Assembly (NCBI GenBank): GCA_041936745.1
Contig: JBHGWS010000135.1
Location: forward strand, 1-61,868
Length of the DNA stretch: 61,868 nucleotides
Direction of reading: 5' to 3'
Source of the DNA: Candidatus Darwinibacter acetoxidans
GTDB taxonomy: Bacteria > Bacillota > Limnochordia > Darwinibacteriales > Darwinibacteriaceae
Under the pieces are notes generated by a model, which did not search any database, was not told where the DNA came from, and saw only the letters and a program-made list of their open reading frames with translations. The first letter of the stretch is position 1. Each line of letters begins with the position of its first letter. Positions 26,689 through 37,228 of this stretch are shown here, one piece after another. The position numbers and the translations under genes were made by a program.

Positions 26689-29055
26689 CTAAATATTTTC
26701 CACTGTTCGAAAAAGGCTCTGCTGCAGTTTTTCATTTAAGCGTAGGGCCGTCTGGGGGTACTTCTGCCAGGGAACAGGCGGGCTGAAATAGAAGCCTTGG
26801 GCGCCGGCGCAGCCCATGTCTAAAAGCAGGCGCAGCTGTTCTTTTCTTTCAACGCCTTCCGCCACTACCTGCATTGAAAGGTTTTCGCCCATGGCAACAA
26901 CGGAGCGGACTAGGCCCGCCGTCCGGGTATTTTTGTCCAGCGGTTCTATAAAAGCTCGGTCAATTTTAAGAATTTCCATGGGGTACCTGACTATATATTC
27001 TAAACTTGAATAAGCTGTGCCAAAATCATCTATGGCCAGGCTGACGCCCATGCGGCGCAGTTCTTTTAAATTGTCTAAAACTGCATTGGTCGGTGCCAGC
27101 ATGGCATCTTCCGTAATTTCTATATGCAGTGTAAAATCGCTGCCCGCGCACTTGGCAAAGATAGATTGAATCAGGGCGGGGAAGTTGGGTGAGCGGAATT
27201 GATTTGCCGAAATATTGACGGCTACCCAACCGAGGTTGTCGTGTTCTGCGCGCCAGGCGTTGTGGTGCAGGCAGGCTTTCCACATGACATATTCGCCGAT
27301 GTCTTCAATTAAACCGCCCTGTTCAGCAGCTGGCAGGAAATCCGCGGGCAAAAGCAGGCCCCTTTTAGGATGGTGCCAGCGGATTAAAGCCTCCTTGCCC
27401 ACAACCTGCCTTTTTCTTAAATCGATGATCGGCTGGTAAAAAAGCGTCAGCTCGTCTTTTTCCAAAGCGCTGCGGATTTCTGTTTGAAAGCGAACCCTGT
27501 TCCTAATGGCGGCTTGGGTTGTGGGATTAAAGAGTTTAATCTGCTGCTCTTTGGCAAGCTCCGCTTCGTAGAGGGCCGCTTGAGCTTGTTGATAAAAAGC
27601 CTCCGAGTCGAGATCGCTCTGCTCTGAAATGGCCGCTCCGCCGTAAAGGCGCACCTGCCAATTACAGCTTTCAACGTGGAAGGGCCTGCTTAAAAAGTGC
27701 TCCAGTTCGTCAATGAGCTTGAGCACGCCCCTGGCGTTGAAGGGAATGATTAAGCCGAACTCGCCATCCCCAATGCGGGCGATGAAAGCATCTTCATTTT
27801 GGAAAGACTGTAAAGACTCAGCAACGGCAAGCAGAGCCTGATCGGTTATTTCCGGCCCCGACAAAGTTTTCAGCTCGGAAAAATCACGGATGGCAAGCAG
27901 GGCCAATAAGGTTATGCCTTCGCCCGTTAACGTATTCTTTAAATGAGCCAGAAAACTCTGCCTGTTGGGGAGCCCCGTTAAGGGATCGTAATAAGTCATG
28001 GTGCCTATTGTTTCCATCATCCGGTTAAAAGCAGCACCCGTTTCGCCGATCTCGTCATAGGATTGAACCTGGGCCCGGACCGTTAAATCACCCTCAGAGC
28101 CCCGTTTTAAAACACCGCTTAACTCAACTATGGGATCTGTGATGGTGGCGGAAAACCAAGAGCCGATCCAAACGGTGATAATAATAAAGCCTGCGGCCAG
28201 CAGAGCTAAGTAAATTACCAAGCGGCGGACAGGTTCGTTAATGTACTCCGTGGGAATTTGAACCACTAAACGCCAGCTGTCGGAGCCGGGGATCTCTGCA
28301 AAGTAACCGCGGTACCGCCCTTTTTCTCCTTGATAGGTGATGGAGCCTTCTTTTGCAAGAAGCGCCGCCTCCCAAGGAGGATGCTGCTCAGCGATATTCG
28401 CCTGCATAATCACATTGGTGTCGGGGTGAGTGACGAAATAACCGTTTTTGTCCACAATGAAAGCTTGGGAATTAGGAAACTCCATTTTTAAGGCCCCCAG
28501 CTCTCTGTGGATTTCCGCAAGGGAGATAGAAAGGCCTAAAACGCCGATTGTTTCCGTTTCCTCTTTGTTTGTGACAGGAGTGGCGATAACGATGGACTTC
28601 TCGCCTGTCGAGCGGGAGATCAAGGGTTCGGAAATTGTAGTCCGTCCGTTAAGAGCCGCCGGGAAATAGCTGCGATCGCTGAGATTGCCCGCTGATCTTT
28701 TAAGGGAAGTGTGGTAATTTCCGTTGGGCTCCGCCAGAAAAAAGATGAGGTAGTAGTCGGCCAGATCGCGAATCTGCCGCTGCAAAAACGGTTCTATCTG
28801 ATCCCAATCCATGGTCTTTAAAAGAGGGGTGTTAGCCAACTGCTGGATTTCCTGCATTCTTTCCTGCCGCCAAGATGTGATATTTTGCACATGTGTCCTG
28901 ACAGCGCAAAAAGCATTCTGTTGGACCAGGGAATTAACCTGCAGGCGCGTCAAATATCCTGTAATGGCAATGCTTAAGAAGGTTATGGCGATAGTAACAG
29001 CTAAGAATAATACCAGGACGCGTTGGCGGATACTGGTAAAGGAGAACTTCTGCAA
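26689..29055 (-). CDS. Cache-HAMP-GGDEF(degenerate)-EAL c-di-GMP phosphodiesterase
   Basis: GDGEF instead of GGDEF; intact EAL, VNIS, EITE, DDFGT, KID, AEGVE, QGF; TTG 29055 with GGAGG RBS. Confidence 0.9.
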   Translation of the reverse strand: MQKFSFTSIRQRVLVLFLAVTIAITFLSIAITGYLTRLQVNSLVQQNAFCAVRTHVQNITSWRQERMQEIQQLANTPLLKTMDWDQIEPFLQRQIRDLADYYLIFFLAEPNGNYHTSLKRSAGNLSDRSYFPAALNGRTTISEPLISRSTGEKSIVIATPVTNKEETETIGVLGLSISLAEIHRELGALKMEFPNSQAFIVDKNGYFVTHPDTNVIMQANIAEQHPPWEAALLAKEGSITYQGEKGRYRGYFAEIPGSDSWRLVVQIPTEYINEPVRRLVIYLALLAAGFIIITVWIGSWFSATITDPIVELSGVLKRGSEGDLTVRAQVQSYDEIGETGAAFNRMMETIGTMTYYDPLTGLPNRQSFLAHLKNTLTGEGITLLALLAIRDFSELKTLSGPEITDQALLAVAESLQSFQNEDAFIARIGDGEFGLIIPFNARGVLKLIDELEHFLSRPFHVESCNWQVRLYGGAAISEQSDLDSEAFYQQAQAALYEAELAKEQQIKLFNPTTQAAIRNRVRFQTEIRSALEKDELTLFYQPIIDLRKRQVVGKEALIRWHHPKRGLLLPADFLPAAEQGGLIEDIGEYVMWKACLHHNAWRAEHDNLGWVAVNISANQFRSPNFPALIQSIFAKCAGSDFTLHIEITEDAMLAPTNAVLDNLKELRRMGVSLAIDDFGTAYSSLEYIVRYPMEILKIDRAFIEPLDKNTRTAGLVRSVVAMGENLSMQVVAEGVERKEQLRLLLDMGCAGAQGFYFSPPVPWQKYPQTALRLNEKLQQSLFRTVENI

Positions 29056-29118
29056 GATTGCACCTCCAAGCCTTGGCACACTCTATTCGCTAAAATGGCA
29101 TAATTCCCCTGCAAGAGT

Positions 29119-30657
29119 CTATAATAAAGGGGCAAACAATCTTAAAATCGACCATTTCAGCCGTCTGTAAGCAGGCAGCCTGCCGTATACGTCCAATGTC
29201 ATTTCCACACAAAACTCCAAGGTCTGCAAAAAGTCTTCTTTAATCTCCAAAACGCTGGCCGTTTTATACAGCCAGACGCCGTTTTCAAAGTGTAAATAGA
29301 GGCTGCGGTAGTCTAAATTAATCGTGCCCACTACGGCAACCTCATCATCTGCCACGAACGTCTTCGAGTGCATAAAGCCCGGTGTGTATTCGTAAATACG
29401 CACTCCGCTTTTTAAAAGCACCCGGTAATAAGAACGGGTGACCGAATGGACGATGGCTTTATCGGCTATGTGAGGCGTAACAATGCGTACATCAACGCCT
29501 GATTTCGCGGCGGAGCAGAGCGCAGTCAAGATTTCACTGTCTAAAATCAAATACGGTGTATTGATATAAAGATAGCGTTTGGCCCGGGCGATCAAGTTTA
29601 AATAGACGGTTTCTCCCACCGCTTCATCATCTAAGGGGCTGTCGCTGAAGGGTTGGATGTACCCTTCCGGTTCTTCCGAAAACTCAAGTGCCTCTTTGGG
29701 TAGAAAACTGGCGAAATCTTCCGTGGTGCCCCGCAGATATTCCCACATCGTTAAAAACATGACCGTAAAAGACCAAGCCGCCTCCCCTTTGATTAAAATC
29801 CCCGAATCTTTCCAATGGCCGTGTTTAGCAAAAGCATTGATGTATTCGTCCGCTAAATTAATACCGCCGGTGAAGGCGGTATGGCCATCGATCACGGTGA
29901 TCTTGCGGTGGTCGCGGTTATTTAAATGGGCGGAAATAATCGGCACGATCGGGTGGAAGCGGCAGGTTTTAATGCCCATTGCTTCCAGCTTGCGGTCGTA
30001 GCGGTAGGGAAGGGTAAAGATACAGCCCGCATCATCGTAAATTAAGCGTACATCAACGCCTTCCGCCACTTTTTCCACCAAAATGTCCAAAATACTGTCC
30101 CACATGACCCCTTCTGTAATAATAAAGTATTCCATGAAGATATAGTGTTTGGCTTTGCGCAGCTCTTCTTTCATGCGCTCAAATTTTAATTCCCCCAAGG
30201 GGTAAAATTCGGAAAAATCGTGGCGGTAAACGGGGTAAAAAGCGTGGTTTTGAATATAGCGGGCTTGGTTTGCCGCATGTTCATCTACCGCGGCCACCTC
30301 TTTAATGATCGCTTCCCCGAAGTTTAAGGCTTCTTGGGTGTGCTTTTGCACGCTGTCTAACTTTTTTCGCAGGCGCCTGCTTGAGCGGTGTGTACCGAAA
30401 AGCAGGTAAAAAAGGCCGCCAAAAATCGGGAAAAGGATAATTGGGATGATCCAGGCAATCTTGTAAGCAGATTTGCTGGTGCCGCTGGCAATTGCTAAAA
30501 CTGCCACCGCACTGATTAGTGTTGTGGCAGCATAAAATTTGGGAAAATAACTACCGAAGCGCCCGATCATTAAAATTAAAGCTACAATTTGCACAATTAG
30601 GGCGGCACCGATAAAAAAGACGCGGTGGAAGAGAAGAGAGAAGATCCTTTTCACCAA
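29119..30657 (-). CDS. cls: Cardiolipin synthase
   Basis: Two HKD motifs (HRKITVID, HSKTFVAD); N-terminal TM/PLDc_N segment. Confidence 0.93.
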   Translation of the reverse strand: MVKRIFSLLFHRVFFIGAALIVQIVALILMIGRFGSYFPKFYAATTLISAVAVLAIASGTSKSAYKIAWIIPIILFPIFGGLFYLLFGTHRSSRRLRKKLDSVQKHTQEALNFGEAIIKEVAAVDEHAANQARYIQNHAFYPVYRHDFSEFYPLGELKFERMKEELRKAKHYIFMEYFIITEGVMWDSILDILVEKVAEGVDVRLIYDDAGCIFTLPYRYDRKLEAMGIKTCRFHPIVPIISAHLNNRDHRKITVIDGHTAFTGGINLADEYINAFAKHGHWKDSGILIKGEAAWSFTVMFLTMWEYLRGTTEDFASFLPKEALEFSEEPEGYIQPFSDSPLDDEAVGETVYLNLIARAKRYLYINTPYLILDSEILTALCSAAKSGVDVRIVTPHIADKAIVHSVTRSYYRVLLKSGVRIYEYTPGFMHSKTFVADDEVAVVGTINLDYRSLYLHFENGVWLYKTASVLEIKEDFLQTLEFCVEMTLDVYGRLPAYRRLKWSILRLFAPLL

Positions 30658-30726
30658 ATTACCTCCCCAAAAACCATCTTATACCTCAATCTTGCAGTAA
30701 CAGCCCGGTTTTGTCAAGTTTGGTGA

Positions 30727-30742
30727 ATGTGAGCGCAAACAA
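30727..30742. promoter_or_regulatory. cre/LacI-family operator-like site
   Basis: ATGTGAGCGCAAACAA fits WTGNNARCGNWWWCAW; lies in the divergent cls/tlpA intergenic region. Confidence 0.3.
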
Positions 30743-30800
30743 AATGTTGCCAGCGGGCCTTCCCAGCCGTTATACTAACTTAAAAGGGGGGTTTCGGTTT

Positions 30801-31307
30801 ATGAAAAAACAACGGTTGAACCTCTGCCTGTTCCTGCTGATCGGCGTCTTGCTTTTAGCAGCAGGCACTGTGGCCGCGCAAGAGAAGGTTTTGGTGCCCA
30901 ACTTCACCGTGACTGACAGCAGCGGTGAATCAGTCAGTTTGTCAGACTACAGAGGTAAAGTTGTGGTTTTAAATTTCTGGGCCAGCTGGTGCCCGCCCTG
31001 CCGAGCGGAAATGGGCGAACTTCAAAAACTCCACGATGAGCTGGTAGAATCGGGAGATGCCGTTTTATTGATGCTCAATCAAATTGACGGGCAGCGGGAA
31101 ACAACGGCAAGCGGCACGGAATACCTGAAAAAGAACAACTACACCATGCGCAATCTCTTTGATTACGGCCAAGTTTCTTTTGCCATCTTTGGCGTGCCCG
31201 GGCTGCCCACAACTGTCGTAATCGATGAGGAAGGGTACCTGGCCAGCTATGTAGTTGGGCCGACCACTTTAAAAACAGTTTCCAGGATGATTGAGGAGGC
31301 GAGGTAA
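30801..31307 (+). CDS. Exported TlpA/ResA-like thiol-disulfide oxidoreductase
   Basis: NFWASWCPPC, LPTT motifs; signal peptide ending VAA-Q; ATG 30801. Confidence 0.88.
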   Translation: MKKQRLNLCLFLLIGVLLLAAGTVAAQEKVLVPNFTVTDSSGESVSLSDYRGKVVVLNFWASWCPPCRAEMGELQKLHDELVESGDAVLLMLNQIDGQRETTASGTEYLKKNNYTMRNLFDYGQVSFAIFGVPGLPTTVVIDEEGYLASYVVGPTTLKTVSRMIEEAR

Positions 31308-32014
31308 TGCTCAGCCAGATGGCTCCCGAAGTAACCTTATCCCTTTTCGGGCTGACTTTTGTAGAAGGGTTCTTTGCATTTTTATCGCCCTGTATCTTAC
31401 CGATGATTCCCATCTATTTGATGTATTTAGGGGGCACTAAGGCAGAAGTGGGCGGTTCCCGAAATCTTTTGTTTACCAACACTCTTGGCTTTATCGCCGG
31501 CTTTAGTTTGGTTTTTATCCTTTTGGGTGCAACGGCTTCCGCTTTAGGCAGCCTGCTTGCGAGTCACAGGCTGCTGCTGCAGAGGGTGAGCGGGCTGGTT
31601 GTCATCCTGTTTGGCTTGAACTACCTGGGTGTTTTCCGGCTTAACATCCTCAACCGCACGAAGTCTTTCGGTGTGCGCCTGCAGAATCTGCGGTTTTGGT
31701 CCAGCCTGCTTTTCGGTGCCGTTTTTTCCATCGGCTGGACGCCTTGTTTAAGTGCGTTTTTGGGCAGTGCCCTGCTTTTGGCATCCAACGTGAGTACGCT
31801 GTATCAAGGGATGGGGCTGCTCTTGGCGTTTTCCTTAGGTTTAGGCATCCCTTTTTTATTTACCGCTGTTTTGTGGAACCACCTGCAGTCCACTTTCGAT
31901 TTCATCAAAAGAAACCTGCGGCGCATCCAAATTGTTTCCGGTGCGCTTCTGCTTCTAGTTGGGTTTTTGCTGGTTTTTGACCTTTTTGGCCGGTATGCCA
32001 ACATCTTTTTATAA
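31307..32014 (+). CDS. ccdA: CcdA/DsbD-type transmembrane electron transporter
   Basis: FLSPCILPMIP and GWTPC motifs. Confidence 0.9.
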   Translation: MLSQMAPEVTLSLFGLTFVEGFFAFLSPCILPMIPIYLMYLGGTKAEVGGSRNLLFTNTLGFIAGFSLVFILLGATASALGSLLASHRLLLQRVSGLVVILFGLNYLGVFRLNILNRTKSFGVRLQNLRFWSSLLFGAVFSIGWTPCLSAFLGSALLLASNVSTLYQGMGLLLAFSLGLGIPFLFTAVLWNHLQSTFDFIKRNLRRIQIVSGALLLLVGFLLVFDLFGRYANIFL

Positions 32015-32050
32015 AAAGAAACCCTCCCGGTCGAGAAAGGGAGGGTTTTC
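32014..32050. terminator. Bidirectional terminator
   Basis: GAAACCCTCCC...GGGAGGGTTTT hairpin between convergent ccdA and tpl. Confidence 0.75.
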
Positions 32051-32061
32051 AGCTTTCCGCT

Positions 32062-33462
<1,401 letters not shown>

Positions 33463-33505
33463 TTACATTCTAAGTATAACGCAACGTTAATTAAAAGTAA
33501 AACAA

Positions 33506-34393
33506 TTAAACTTCCTGCGGCAGGTTAGGGATATCGGCCCGGGAGTTGACAAAAAAAGCGGCCACCCCGCCGAGGCCGATGTGGCAGCTTAAAACACTGC
33601 CCACTGCGTTAATAAGAAAGTTGGAATAGCCTAAAGTAGTCTTGATCATTTCCTGCAGTTTTTCGGCTGCCGCTAAATCATCCGCGTGGCTGATTGCGAT
33701 GATCTGCTCTAAATTCCCCAACGATCTTTCCTTTAGTAAGGACACTATCCGTTTCAGGGCCGCATTTTTCCCCCGTACCTTTTGAATAGGGATCATTAAG
33801 CCGTCTTTGACATGCAGGATTGGTTTTATATTGAGGATCCCTCCTAAAAAAGCGTTGGCATAGCCAACCCGGCCGCCCCTGTAGAGATAATTGAGATCGT
33901 CCACGGAAAAGATATGCTCCACATTATTTTTCGCCCGCAGATTGACCCTGGCAACAATTTCTTGGCTGCTGGCCCCGGCCAAGGCCAGCTGGGCGGCTTC
34001 CAGAACAATGAGGCCTTGGCCCAGCGAACCGCTTAAAGTATCGCAGACCGTAATTTTGAAATCGGGATAGTTCCGCTTCAATTCCGCGGCTACGGCGCGA
34101 GCAGTGTTGCATGTGCCGGAAAGTTTAGAAGAAAAAGCGATGTAAATGCATTCTTGCCCCGCGGCAGCATACTCTTTAAAGGCCTCAACGATAATCTTTG
34201 TCGGCACTTGAGCGGTTTTAGGCACTTGCCCTTCCCGAATGGCTTGGTAGACTTGGGCTTCCTTAATCGTTTCCCCGGCCACGAATTCCTCTCCCTCTAT
34301 GAAAACGAGGAAGGGGAGTACATGAATGCCGTATTCGTCTAGCAGGTTTTGCGGCAGATCACAAGCACTGTCTGTAATTATTTTTATGGTCAA
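33506..34393 (-). CDS. DegV family protein
   Basis: IITDSACD, KTAQ, SSKLSGT, DTLSGSLG, YL.RGGR, IKPIL; TTG 34393 after GGAGG. Confidence 0.92.
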   Translation of the reverse strand: MTIKIITDSACDLPQNLLDEYGIHVLPFLVFIEGEEFVAGETIKEAQVYQAIREGQVPKTAQVPTKIIVEAFKEYAAAGQECIYIAFSSKLSGTCNTARAVAAELKRNYPDFKITVCDTLSGSLGQGLIVLEAAQLALAGASSQEIVARVNLRAKNNVEHIFSVDDLNYLYRGGRVGYANAFLGGILNIKPILHVKDGLMIPIQKVRGKNAALKRIVSLLKERSLGNLEQIIAISHADDLAAAEKLQEMIKTTLGYSNFLINAVGSVLSCHIGLGGVAAFFVNSRADIPNLPQEV

Positions 34394-34481
34394 TTCCGGA
34401 TACCTCCAACAATGAACTAGAGAAATATTCTCTTTACTGCCTGCCAAATCCTTTCGTTTTTCGTAAACAGCGGCAGCAGCC

Positions 34482-34510
34482 TTGTATTTTACACATCAAT
34501 CAGGTACAAT
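34482..34510 (+). promoter_or_regulatory. Putative sigmaA promoter of the small ORF
   Basis: TTGTAT-17 bp-TACAAT. Confidence 0.5.
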
Positions 34511-34544
34511 TTAAAGCAGCATTATTTAGAAGCGGGGTTTGGTT

Positions 34545-34721
34545 ATGCGTAACGAAGCTTTGGCCGATGAGATTCAAGATCGTATTCTTGAGCTTAAGTC
34601 GGAACAGGTCCTTTTAAAACCTTTTATTGCCTCAGACCAGTCGCGGTGGGAGGCTTTGGCAAAAGCGATCGATGAATTAAACTGGGTTTTAAAACGGGTG
34701 GAATCAGCGGAGGAAAGCTGA
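34545..34721 (+). CDS. Small hypothetical protein (58 aa, helical)
   Basis: Occupies an otherwise empty gap, has an upstream promoter-like element and a G-rich RBS, and is followed by hairpins; no family recognised. Confidence 0.55.
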   Translation: MRNEALADEIQDRILELKSEQVLLKPFIASDQSRWEALAKAIDELNWVLKRVESAEES

Positions 34722-34766
34722 TTTACTGGCTTGCTTGGCAGTTTTTCGAAGCCAGCGGCAAAATCA

Positions 34767-34795
34767 AAAGCCCTGTTCGCTGTGAACAGGGCTTT
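34767..34795. terminator. Bidirectional terminator
   Basis: AAAGCCCTGTTC-gctgt-GAACAGGGCTTT, a perfect 12-bp stem. Confidence 0.85.
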
Positions 34796-34808
34796 CAAAC
34801 CTAATCGA

Positions 34809-35006
34809 TTACAACCGTACTACATTGGCGGCTTGGGGGCCTCTGTCGCCTTCAACGATATCAAAGGTTACTTCTTCGCCTTCGTTGAGGGACTTAAACC
34901 CGGTGCCTTGGATTGCAGAATAGTGCACGAATACATCTTCGCCGTCTTCGCGCTCGATAAATCCAAAACCTTTTTCTGCGTTAAACCATTTTACTCTGCC
35001 AGTCAT
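34809..35006 (-). CDS. csp: Cold-shock protein (CspA family)
   Basis: [15 protein letters not shown] (RNP1), DVFVHYSAI (RNP2); GGAGG RBS. Confidence 0.97.
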   Translation of the reverse strand: MTGRVKWFNAEKGFGFIEREDGEDVFVHYSAIQGTGFKSLNEGEEVTFDIVEGDRGPQAANVVRL

Positions 35007-35133
35007 TCAATGGCCTCCTAAAAATTTTTTACTAGTCAAAGCCTAAATTACGCAAACAGCTAAAACCCTTGCTCATTGTAAATCAGAACTCGAGGCCACA
35101 TTGTTCGCTTCATTTTAAGTCTCAACTGTTATT

Positions 35134-35162
35134 AGTTTAACATAGAGTGCCAGCTCTGTCAA
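35134..35162 (-). promoter_or_regulatory. sigmaA promoter of csp, giving a leader of about 120 nt
   Basis: TTGACA-17 bp-TAAACT with TG extended -10 on the minus strand. Confidence 0.75.
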
Positions 35163-35241
35163 CATAATATTAGGCGACGAAAAATCAAATTTTTCGAAAA
35201 AAACGGTGATTGCAAATAAGGGGGAATTAGGAATCGTTCTC

Positions 35242-35268
35242 TAAAGTATACCCCGGATCTGCCGATAT
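35242..35268 (+). promoter_or_regulatory. sigma28 (SigD/FliA) promoter
   Basis: TAAA-N15-GCCGATAT, an exact consensus match, upstream of fliD. Confidence 0.9.
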
Positions 35269-35303
35269 CAAGGGTAGAAAGACTCTTGAATGGAGTGAAA
35301 ACA

Positions 35304-36794
35304 ATGAGGATAGCCGGATTAGCTTCTGGTATGGATACAGAAAACATGATCAAGGATTTAATGAGAGCGGAACGCATTCCTGTCGATCGAGTCTACCAAA
35401 AAAAGGTACAGGCAGAATGGACGAGGGACGCTTACAGAGATGTGAACAGCCGGCTTTTACGGCTGCGCAACATGGCTTTCGATCTGAGGCTCCAGGGGGC
35501 TTATCAAACACGGGCCGCTTCTTCCAGCCACGAAAGTATAATCAGTGCTGCTGCAACGGGCAGCTCTCAGGACGGCACCTTTTATTTAAAGGTCAACGCC
35601 CTGGCAGAAACCGCCAGCTTTCAAAGCTCGGTGGAAGGCGGGGTAGAGGCTGCCTATGCAGCTTTTTTAAATGAGCTGCCCGCAGATGAAACCGCGTCAT
35701 TTCAAATACGGGGTTCAGACGGGGAAATGAACGAAATTACAATTTCCAAGCAGACAAGCCTGGCAGGTGTGCTGGCGGAGATAAATCAAAATAAAAACCT
35801 GGGCATAAACGCCTATTACGACAGCTACACTGACCAGGTTGCCTTTTCCAGCAAAGCCACAGGTGAAAATGCCGTTATTGAAATGGGTGCAGCCAACGAT
35901 TCAGGCATTGGCTTTTTAAACGACGTTTTCGGGCTGCAGATCGATGCGGGCGCACAATCTCGAGTCGCTGCCCGAGGCGCAAATGCCAAGCTTGAGATCA
36001 ACGGTTTAAAGACAGAGCGGGAAGCTAATACTTTTGAACTGAACGGTACGGCCATTACATTAAACGAAGTCTCGCAAACGGAAGTCCGGATCGACGTTAA
36101 GCATGATGTTGATGCAGTGGTGGAAAAGATCAGCGGCTTTGTCGAATTGTATAATGAAATTGTGGAGGAATTAAATGCAGCCATGCGAGAGGAGGTCCAC
36201 AGGGATTTTCCCCCTTTAACGCCTGAGCAGCGAAATGAAATGTCGGACAAAGAAATAGAGCTGTGGGAAGAGCGGGCGAAAAGTGGCCTTTTGCGCTCAG
36301 ACAGCTTAGTTTCCGGCACTTTAAGCGAAATGAGGCTGGCCTTAGGCGGTATGGTAGAAGGGGCAGGCGGTTTTAAACACCTCAGCCAAGTAGGCATTAC
36401 AACAGGTGCCTGGTTTGAGCACGGAAAACTGCACTTGGATGAAAATAAATTAAAGGAAGCCCTGGCAGAAGATGCGGCCGGAGTAATAGAGCTTTTTACC
36501 AGGCCGGGGGATACCCGAGCCGAACAGGGCATAGCCAGGCGCCTGGGCGAAGTCTTGGATGAGCGCATGAACAGAATAGCATCGACGGCGGGCAAAGCTT
36601 CTGTCCCGTACGACCAGAGCTATTTGGGCAGGCAGATTAGGGAATACGAATCGCGCTTGACTGACATGGAAGAAAGGCTGGTCCGGGTAGAACAGAGCTA
36701 TTGGGATAAATTTACGGCCATGGAGCGGGTTTTAAGCCAGCTCTACAGCCAAAGCGATTGGCTGTATCAGCAAATAATGGCGATGCAGGGGTGA
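35304..36794 (+). CDS. fliD: Flagellar filament cap protein
   Basis: MRIAGLASGMDT, PLT.EQR.EMS.KEIE.WEE.AK.GLLR.D, C-terminal YWDKFTAME..LSQLYSQ motifs. Confidence 0.95.
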   Translation: MRIAGLASGMDTENMIKDLMRAERIPVDRVYQKKVQAEWTRDAYRDVNSRLLRLRNMAFDLRLQGAYQTRAASSSHESIISAAATGSSQDGTFYLKVNALAETASFQSSVEGGVEAAYAAFLNELPADETASFQIRGSDGEMNEITISKQTSLAGVLAEINQNKNLGINAYYDSYTDQVAFSSKATGENAVIEMGAANDSGIGFLNDVFGLQIDAGAQSRVAARGANAKLEINGLKTEREANTFELNGTAITLNEVSQTEVRIDVKHDVDAVVEKISGFVELYNEIVEELNAAMREEVHRDFPPLTPEQRNEMSDKEIELWEERAKSGLLRSDSLVSGTLSEMRLALGGMVEGAGGFKHLSQVGITTGAWFEHGKLHLDENKLKEALAEDAAGVIELFTRPGDTRAEQGIARRLGEVLDERMNRIASTAGKASVPYDQSYLGRQIREYESRLTDMEERLVRVEQSYWDKFTAMERVLSQLYSQSDWLYQQIMAMQG

Positions 36795-36801
36795 GAAATC
36801 C

Positions 36802-37218
36802 ATGCACGTAGAACTCTATAAGCAGAAGCTGGCCCTCTTTCGAAAACTTGCGGAAATCAGCGAGAAACTGGCGGATTTTTCAGCCGATGATTTAATGGCG
36901 GAAAATGGGGCATTAGCGGATTTAGAGGCATTTTTAGAAAAAAGGGATGGTTTGATTGAAAAAATCGATGCCTTGGATAAACAGCTGGTAGGGCTGGCAG
37001 GGGAGCCTTCCCGGGCAGTCAAACCACTTAAGGGATCTTTGGTCAAAATAGCCGAAGATATCAGAAAAAACGATGCCAAAGCAGAGCTGAGCGTAAAAGA
37101 CGGCTTAAAGCAACTGAGGCGGCAGAGAAGAAAAATTCAGGAAGGAAAACAGTCAAGCCGGGCCTACGGCCCCCGAGGTGACGTGCACGAAGGGGTCTTT
37201 GTAGACAAAAGGCGTTAG
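36802..37218 (+). CDS. FliT/FlgN-like flagellar chaperone
   Basis: Helical 138 aa protein directly after fliD; EKRD.LIEKID.LD segment and GVFVDKRR tail seen in Firmicute FliT-like proteins. Confidence 0.65.
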   Translation: MHVELYKQKLALFRKLAEISEKLADFSADDLMAENGALADLEAFLEKRDGLIEKIDALDKQLVGLAGEPSRAVKPLKGSLVKIAEDIRKNDAKAELSVKDGLKQLRRQRRKIQEGKQSSRAYGPRGDVHEGVFVDKRR

Positions 37219-37228
37219 GTTAAAAAAT

